Part shown: positions 13,801-22,800 of the stretch, piece after piece
How the letters are laid out: each line of letters begins with the position of its first letter
Numbering within the stretch: the first letter of the stretch is position 1
Source of the DNA: Ophelia neglecta
Lineage: Eukaryota
DNA: 64,000 nt
NCBI GenBank assembly: GCA_965285935.1
Contig: OZ260663.1
Location: forward strand, 69,192,001 to 69,256,000
Direction: 5' to 3'
Notes under the pieces: model-generated
Database searches by the model: none
Told to the model about the DNA's origin: nothing
The model's input: the letters and a program-made list of their open reading frames with translations, nothing else
Position numbers and translations under genes: made by a program

Positions 13801-16800
13801 GGGGAAGACTCAATTTGGCTATGAATTTCAGGTATAATATTTTCATTGATCTCGCTTTCATCTTCTACATTTTCAGGTAACTGAACTATTTCCTTTTGCT
13901 GTGAACACATTTCTTCCTGAGAAGACTCGTCTGCAAACGTGTTTACTTTGTCTGGATCTTGGCAGGAAGTTTTATAATCTGTGCAATGAACTGCTGATTC
14001 TGTTTGGGGTGGGACTTCAGAAACTATTTCTTCACTGCTTTCTACTTGCATGTCACATTTAACAAATTCACTGTTGGACAAAGTATCTTGTAGATCCTCA
14101 TCTGTCATAACAGGTATACCATCTACATCAAGAAGTACCTCAGGAGCTGCAGACACACTCTCAGACAAAGGCATGTCTTGTTCTGATTCCTTCTGTTTGA
14201 TTTCTTGAGGAACTTCTATTCTTTCTTCTTCCACTACTTCAATGTTGTCATAGGCTGGCTTTTCATCATGGATTATTTCTGCTTCTAATGGTGTGTCTTC
14301 AGCTATTTTAGGTATTGAAGTTGACGTTTCCTCAATGCTTATGGCAGAGGGTTCACTTTGGCTATGGATCACAGGAACAACAATTGCATTGATTCCACTG
14401 GCACTCTCTACATGTTCTGAATCCATAGTTGTAGGCTCATCTATATCATCATCAGTCATAAAAGGTATACCATCATCTATTTCAAAATGTAAGTCCAGAG
14501 GTGCAGACACACTACCAGATGAAGGTGTGTCTTGGTCAGGTTCTTTTTTACCAGAATCTTCTGATCTTTCTTTCTTCACAGTTTCAACATTGTCAAATAC
14601 TGCCTTTTCTTCATGCATGTCTTCAGATTTAATTGCTACATTTCCACTTGTGTTTGGTGGTTCTGTTTCTCTCCCTTCATTTTCTAAATGTGTTGAATCT
14701 TCAAGTGTTGGCTCTTCTATATCATCATCTGTCATAAATGGTATGCCATCATCTACTTCAGGAAGTACAATTGGGTTGTTGGTGGTTGATTCTATGACAG
14801 TATTTAGCGTACTGGTCTCATTTTCGATAATGAAGTCAGGTATATTTTGAAGCTCGGTTATACCGATTTCTTGCTTTGAATGTGTTTCCTCAGGAGCAGA
14901 CTGATCTGCAGCGGAGGTAATTTTGTTAGTATCTTGATTAGAAGTATCGCAGTATGTTTTTGGGTCTACTGATTCAGTATGGTCCTGAACTTGAAAATCT
15001 ACTTCATTGTTTTCTGCTTTACATTTCACAGATTCATCAGAAGACAAAGTATCTTGTAGATCCTCATCTGTCATAAAAGGAATACCATCATCCACATCAA
15101 GAAGTACCTCATGAGCGTCAGACACACATTCAGGCAAAGGCACATCTTGTTCTGATTCCTTCTGGTTTAGTTCATCAGTAACTTCTGTTTTTTCTTCTTC
15201 CTCTATTTCAATGTTTTCAAGTGCTGGCTTTTCATCTTGGATAACTTCCAATTCTATTTTCTCATCTTCTGTTTCTTTAGATAGTGAAGTCAAAGTTTCC
15301 TCGATGCTAATTGGCGAGGACTCACTTTGGCATTGCATCAATGGAACAATATTTTCTTTAATTTCAATAGTATCTTCAACATTTTCTGAATCCATAGTTG
15401 TAGGCTCGTCTTTATCATCATCAGTCATAAAAGGTATACCATCCTCCACATCTAAATTTAATTCTGGATGTACACAAACGTTGCCGGAGACAGATTTTTC
15501 CTTCTCAGGTTCTTTTTCAGCAAGAACTTCTGATCTTTCTTCTTGCACCGCTTCAACATTGTCAAATATTGTCTTTTCTTCCGGCGAGTCTTCAGATTCT
15601 ATTGCTTCATTTCCAATTGATTTTGGTAATGTAGTAACTTTTTTTGTTTCACTCCCTTCATTTTCTAAATGAGTTGAATCTACAAGTGTTGGCTGTTCTA
15701 CATCATCATCAGTCATATATGGTATGCCATCATCTACTTCAGGAAGTACACTAGGGGTGGTGGTGATTGATTCTACGACAGTATCTTGCTGACTTGTCTT
15801 ATTTTCAATACTGAAATCAGGTATATTTTGAAGCTCAGTTATACCTATTCCTTGCTTTGAATGTATTTCCCCAGGAGCAGACTGATCTGTAATGGAACTA
15901 ACTTTGTCGGTATCTTGATTTGAAGTATCATAGTCTGTTTTTGGGTCTACTGATTCAGTATGGTCCTGGACTTGAAAATCTACTTCATTGCTTTCTGCTT
16001 GCATTCCACATTTAACAGATTCATCATTAGACAAAGTTTCTTGTAGATCCTCATCTGTCATAAAGGGTATACCATCATCCACATCAAGAAATGCCTCATG
16101 AGCGTCAGACACACATTCAGGCAAAGGCACATCTTGTTCTGATTCCTTCTGGTTTAGTTCGTCAGTAAGTTCTGCTCTTTCTTCTTCCACTACTTCAATG
16201 TTTTCCAAGGCTGGCTTTTCATCCTGAATAACTTCCAATTCTACTTTCTCATCTTCCGTATTAATAGATAGTGAAGTCAATGTTTCCTCTGTGCTCAGTG
16301 GCGAGAACTCACTTTGACCTTGGATCAATGGAACAATATTTTCTTTAATTTCAATAGTATCTTCAACATTTTCTGAATCCATAGTTGTAGGCTCCTCTAT
16401 ATCATCATCTGTCATAAAAGGTATACCATCATCAACATCAAGAAGTATCTCATGAGCGTCAGACACACATTCATGCAAAGGCATATCGTGTTCCAGTTCC
16501 TTTTGGCTTAGTTCATCAGTAACTTCCGTTTTTTCTTCTTCCACTACTTCAATGTTTTCAAGTGCTGGCTTTTCATCCTGGAAAACTTCCAATTCTATTT
16601 TCTTATCTTCTGTTTCTTTGGAAAGCGAAGTCAATATTTCCTCGGTGCTGTTGGGCGAGGACTCACTTGGCCCTTGGATCACTGGAACAATACTTTCTTT
16701 AATTTCAATAGTATTTTTAACATCTTCTGAATCCATATTTGTAGGCTCGTCTATATCATCATCAGTCATAAAAGGTATACCATCATCCACGTCAAGAAGT

Positions 16801-19800
16801 ACCTCATGAACGTCAGACACACATTCATGCAAAGGCATATCGTGTTCCAGTTCCTTTTGGCTTAGTTCATCAGTAACTTCCGTTTTTTCTTCTTCCACTA
16901 CTTCAATGTTTTCAATAGCTGGCTTTTCATCCTGGAAAACTTCCAATTCTATTTTCTTATCTTCTGTTTCTTTGGAAAGCGAAGTCAATATTTCCTCGGT
17001 GCTGTTGGGCGAGGACTCACTTGGCCCTTGGATCACTGGAACAATACTTTCTTTAATTTCAATAGTATTTTTAACATCTTCTGAATCCATAGTTGTAGGC
17101 TCGTCTATATCATCATCAGTCATAAAAGGTATACCATCATCCACGTCAAAATGTAATTCTGGATGGACTAAAACGTTGCCAGAGACAGATTTTTCTAGCT
17201 CAGGTTCTTTTTCGGCAAGAACATCTGATATTTCTTCTTGCACCGCTTCAACGTTGTCAAATATTGTCTTTGCTTCCTGCAAGTCCTCAGATTCTATTGC
17301 TTCATTTCCAATCGTTTTTGGTACTATGGTCACTTTTTCTGTTTCACTCTCTTCATTTCCTACATGTGTTGAATCTTCAAGTTTTGGCTCTTCTACATCA
17401 TCATCAGTCATAAATGGTATCCCATCATTTACTTCAGGAAGTACACTAGGGGTGGTAGTGATTGATTCTACCACACGATCTTGTGTACTGGTCTCATTTT
17501 CAATAAAGTCAGGGACATTTTGAAGCTCAGTTATACCTATTCCTTGCTTTGAATGTATTTCCCCAGGAGCAGACTGATCTGTAACGGAGCTAACTTTGTC
17601 GGTATCTTGATTTGAAGTATCATAGTCTGTTTTTGGGTCTACTGATTCAGTATGGTCCTGGACTTGAAAATTTACTTCAATGTTTTCTGCATGCATTTCA
17701 CATTTCTCAGATTCATCAGAAGACAAAGTATCTTGTAGATCCTCATCTGTCATAAAAGGAATACCATCATCCACATCAAGAAGTACCTCATGAGCGTCAG
17801 ACACACATTCAGGCAAAGGCACATCTTGTTCTGATTCCTTCTGGTTTAGTTCATCAGTAACTTCTGTTCTTTCTTCTTCCACTACTTCAATGTTTTCAAG
17901 TGCTGGCTTTTCATCCTGGATAATTTCCAATTCTATTTTCTCATCTTCGGTTTCTTTAGATAGTGAAGTCAATATTTCGTTGGTGCTAATTGACAAAGAC
18001 TCACTTTGACCTTGGATCACTGGAACAATACTTTCTTTAATTTCAATAGCATTTTTAACATTTTCTGAATCCATAGTTGTAGGCTCGTCTATATCATCAT
18101 CAGTCATAAAAGGTATACCATCATCCACGTCAAGAAGTACCTCATAAGCGTCAGACACACATTCAGGCAAAGGCACATCTTGTTCTGATTCCTTCTGGTT
18201 TAGTTCATCAGTAACTTCTGTTCTTTCTTCTTCCAATACTTCAATGTTTTCCAGTGCTGGCTTTTCATCCTGGATAACTTCCAATTCTATTTTCTCACCT
18301 TCCATTTCTTTAGATAGTGAAGTCAAAGTTTCCTTGATGCTTATCGGCGAGGACTCACTTTGACCTTGGATCACTGGAACAATATTTTCTTTAATTTCAA
18401 TAGTATTTTTAACATCTTCTGAATCCATAGTTGAAGGCTCGTCTATATCATCATCAGTCATAAAAGGTATACCATCATCCACATCAAAATGTAATTCTGG
18501 ATGTACACAAACGTTGCCAGAGACAGATTTTTCTTGCTCCGGTTCTTTTTCGGCAAGAACATCTGATCTTTCTTCTTGCACCGCTTCAAGATTGTCAAAT
18601 ATTGTCTTTTCTTCCAGCGAGTCTTCAGGTTCTACTGCTTCATTTCTAATCGTTTTTGGTACTGTAGTCACTTTTTCTGTTTCACTCTCTTCATTTTCTA
18701 CATGTGTTGACTCTTCAAGTGTTGGCTCTTCTACATCATCATCAGTCATAAATGGTATCCCATCATTTACTTCAGGAAGTACACTAGGGGTGGTGGTGAC
18801 TGATACTACCACAGTATCTTGCGTTCTGGTCTCATTTTCAATACTGAAGTCAGGTATATTTTGAAGCTCAGTTATATCGATTTCTTGCTTTGAAGGTATT
18901 TCTTCAGGAGCAGACTGATCTGCAACGGAGGTAACTTTGTTGGTATCTTGATTAGGAGTATCACAGTCTGTTTTTGTGTCTACTGATTCAGTATGGTCCT
19001 GGACTTGAAAATCTACTTCATTGTTTTCTGCATGCATTTCACATTTCACAGATTCATCAGAAGACAAAGTATCTTGTAGATCCTCATCTGTCATAAAAGG
19101 AATACCATCATCCACATCAAGAAGTACCTCATGAGCGTCAGACACACATTCAGGCAAAGGCACATCTTGTTCTGATTCCTTCTGGTTTAGTTCATCAGTA
19201 ACTTCTGTTCTTCCTTTTTCCACTACTTCAATGTTTTCCAGGGCTGGCTTTTCATCCTGGATAACTTCCAATTCTATTTTCTCATCTTCCGTTTCTTTAA
19301 ATAGTGAAGTCAAAGTTTCCTCGATGCTAATTGGCGAGGACTCACTTTGACCTTGGACCAATGGAACAATATTTTCTTTAATTTCAATAGTATCTTCAAC
19401 ATTTTCTGAATCCACAGTTGTAGGCTCGTCTATATCTTCATCAGTCATAAAAGGTATACCATCATCCACGTCAAAATTTATTTCTGGATGTACACAAATG
19501 TTGCCGGAGACAGATTTTTCTTGCACAGGTTCTTTTTCAGCAAGAACTTCTGATCTTTCTTCTTGCACCGCTTCAACATTGTCAAATATTGTCTTTTCTT
19601 CCGGCACGTCTTCAGGTTCTATTGCTACATTTCCAATCGTTTTTGATACTGTAGTAACTTTTTCAGTTTCACTCACTTCATTTTCTACATGTGTTGAATC
19701 TTCGGGTGTAGGCTCTTCTATATCATCATCAGTCATAAATGGTATCCCATCATCTACTTCAGGAAGTACACTAGGGGTGGTGGTGATTGATTCTACAACA

Positions 19801-22800
19801 GTATTTTCTTGACTGGTCTCTTTTTCAATATTGACATCAGGGATATTTTGAAGCTCAGGTACACAGACTTCTTCTTTATTTGAAGATATTTCCTCAAGAG
19901 AAGACTGATGTGCAACCGTGCTTACTTCATCTGGCTCTTGACTTGAAGTATCGTAGTCTGTTTTTGGTTGTGGTATTTCAGTTTGATCATTGGCTTGATC
20001 AACTATTTCGTTGCCGGTTTCTGCTAACATGTCACATTTTGCAACAGCATCTGTGGACAAAGTACTTTGTAGATTATCATCTGTCATAAAAGGTATAATA
20101 CCATCATCCACATCAAGAATTGTTTGTTGAACTGCTGTTTCCGTTGGATATTGGACTTCAGGACCTATTTCTTTGCTGTGATCTTCTTCCAGGTCACATT
20201 TAGCAAATTCATCAGTGGACAAATCTTGTTGGTCATCACCAGATATGGTAGTAGATGTCTGCAAAGCAACTGCTTCTGGACTAGACTCCTGTGGCACAAT
20301 GTTATCTGGCACATAACGTTGCTCTGCATCTAATTCTTCTGACTTCGAAGTCACTTCTTCAGAATCAGACTTCACATCAACTGTGATTACTTTGCCTGGA
20401 TCTTGATATAAAATTTCATTGCCAGTTTCTTGGACTGCTGATTTCATCTGGACTTCAGGGACTATGTCTTCACTGATATCAGGAATATCACATTTGTTGA
20501 GCTTATCTGTAGGCACATTAGTTAGAACATCTTGATTTTGGTCATATTTTTTAATAAGAGCCACATCATTATCGACACTTAGGGGTGAAGTGGAAACTGC
20601 TGATGTATTCACTGGAGAAGCATTGTCATTGATTGGTGCACTCTTTACCTCCACATTAAGGTATTTTTGTACCTCAGGGCATAATTCTGTTAAGTCTTCA
20701 TTCTTTGTATCTAATTTTGACAGGTCCTTGGCTTTCCGTCTAGCTTTCTTATTTCGGCGACGCTTTTGTTTACTTGTGAGATTGTCGTCGTTCCCATCCT
20801 CCATACCAATTGCAGACAAGCTTGCTTGTGTTGCAGATGCATTTTGACCACTCTCTTCATGGGCGATGCTATCATGTGCATCACCTTGAACATCTTCTGC
20901 AGGCAACAATTCTTGGTTCAATGGCTCTTGTAAACCAGGCTCCTTTTTCACTGAAGGCTCATCATCATAACTCTGATGTGAAGAAGTAGGCTTGCAAGTT
21001 GTATTTGGAACTGCACATTCCACTTCCTCCTGGACTGCAGGAGCTACACCTTTAGCAATTTTTGTAGCAAAAGTATTTTTGGCGGACTCCTCTATGGTTG
21101 CCTCATTTTCCTGACCATTATCTGTCATAAAATTTATATCATCATCGTCATCCACAACTATTTCATTAGCGGCAGACTCATTCCTAGATAAATCAATTTC
21201 TTGGGTGAGCTGACCAAGGTTTGTTTCAGTTTCTTCTGAAACCTCCATCTTGTCCAAAACAGGCTGCTGTTCAAATATTTCAGGTGTCACCAAAACACCG
21301 TCAGTTTTAACACTAGGTTTAGATTCATTCTGGCTTTGGATTAATGGTTCTTCTTGCATTTCATCCTCAGTAGCTTCTATTTTCTGTTCACTTGGCAATG
21401 TAGGTATAGGACAAGATGCTAACCAAGCAGGAAAATTGTGTATTATAAGGGTTGGAGTGACAGGACATATTAATTCTTCTTGGATTCTTTCACAAGAAGG
21501 CTCATTTCTCGTATCCACTAATGTTTCTGTTGTTGCAGGACATTTGTCTTCTGGAGGCAGTTCATTGAAGCACTGCTGCAGCATTTCACTTTCTGACACA
21601 TTATTTAGTGCCTGTGAATCATTTTGGCATGTTTCTATATTCTGTGCTGTGGCATTGTCTTCTTCATTGATGCATGCCACTAACAGTGCTGATTGGGTTT
21701 GTTTTGATACTGATGCAGAAATTAACTCGTTTTTTTCTGTGACAACTCCTTCAGGATGGTTGTTTTCAACAGGTGTATCAAATGGTTGTGATGTCTCTTT
21801 TTGCATTTGAAAATTAGCCTCTAAGTCATTATTTGACTGGTATGCATTAGAATGAAGAATTGCATTTGTTCTATCTGTTACTGGATTGATTGATTCGTCA
21901 GCCTTTTTACCTATTTCACTTAATGCCCCTCCATAGAGCAGGTGTAGGCCCACAGCATATGTTACACAAGAGGGTACTCCTTCCATCATTGCTGCCTCTA
22001 ATGTGCTGAGAAGTGGTTCACTTTCTATTACGTCATGATCCGACGTATGTGATGTATGTGATAACTCGGTAACTTCAATGGGAACTGATTCTTCACTCAA
22101 ACATTTCTTCTTAAGCTCAAAGGATGTGGATGCTTCTTGACTAATATCTGTTTTTTCTGTGATACATGTATGCTGACCATTAATGGTCACAGGGATGGTA
22201 CTAAGGGCAAAAACTCCTGGCGCATGCTGCACAGCCTTTGGAACATCTTCCATCAGATATTTTTCTGTTGTTTCTTGAGCGCTTTCTTCAGAGCAGGTCT
22301 CAGGAATTTCAGCCGCAACCAAGTCCTCTTGATTAGATACGCAGATTTGGGAACTTGGATTTTCATCGCTTCTATGTGGCTCTCTATGATCTACAGGACC
22401 CCTTTCTTGTATGATGTCTGATTTGAGATTTCCTTTCTCCAAGCAGGTTTCTTGAGTATCTGAAAGTTGATACTGATCTTTATCCTTGACTTTCATCACA
22501 GGGGTTAATTCTCCACATGCACCTTTAGCATTAGCTTCTGACTGATCATAGAAGCCATTCATTCCCACAGGTACATCTTCAAGTACCAGCATTCCTGTTG
22601 AATGAATGACAGATGGAGGAATATCTAACTTGTAACTAGGTTCATCCACGATTTGTATGTTCGGTGTATCCAGCTCAACAACAGCTACAGATGAGTCTCT
22701 TATGCAAGGAGACATAACTGTTGCATCATCTGCTTCTTCTGCCATGGGTTCAGACCTTGTAATGTCAGTCTTCAAGTGTTCATCAATTTGACTTGTTGAG

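Noticed and set aside
14100-20115. Similarity of DDGIPF to the bacterial SSB C-terminal tail (DDDIPF), to a FFAT motif, or to a CRISPR-like array
   Set aside because: The SSB tail acts at a free C-terminus and these motifs are internal. Asp at FFAT position 5 is unfavourable. The spacers are homologous, in-frame coding units in a eukaryotic gene with no cas genes.
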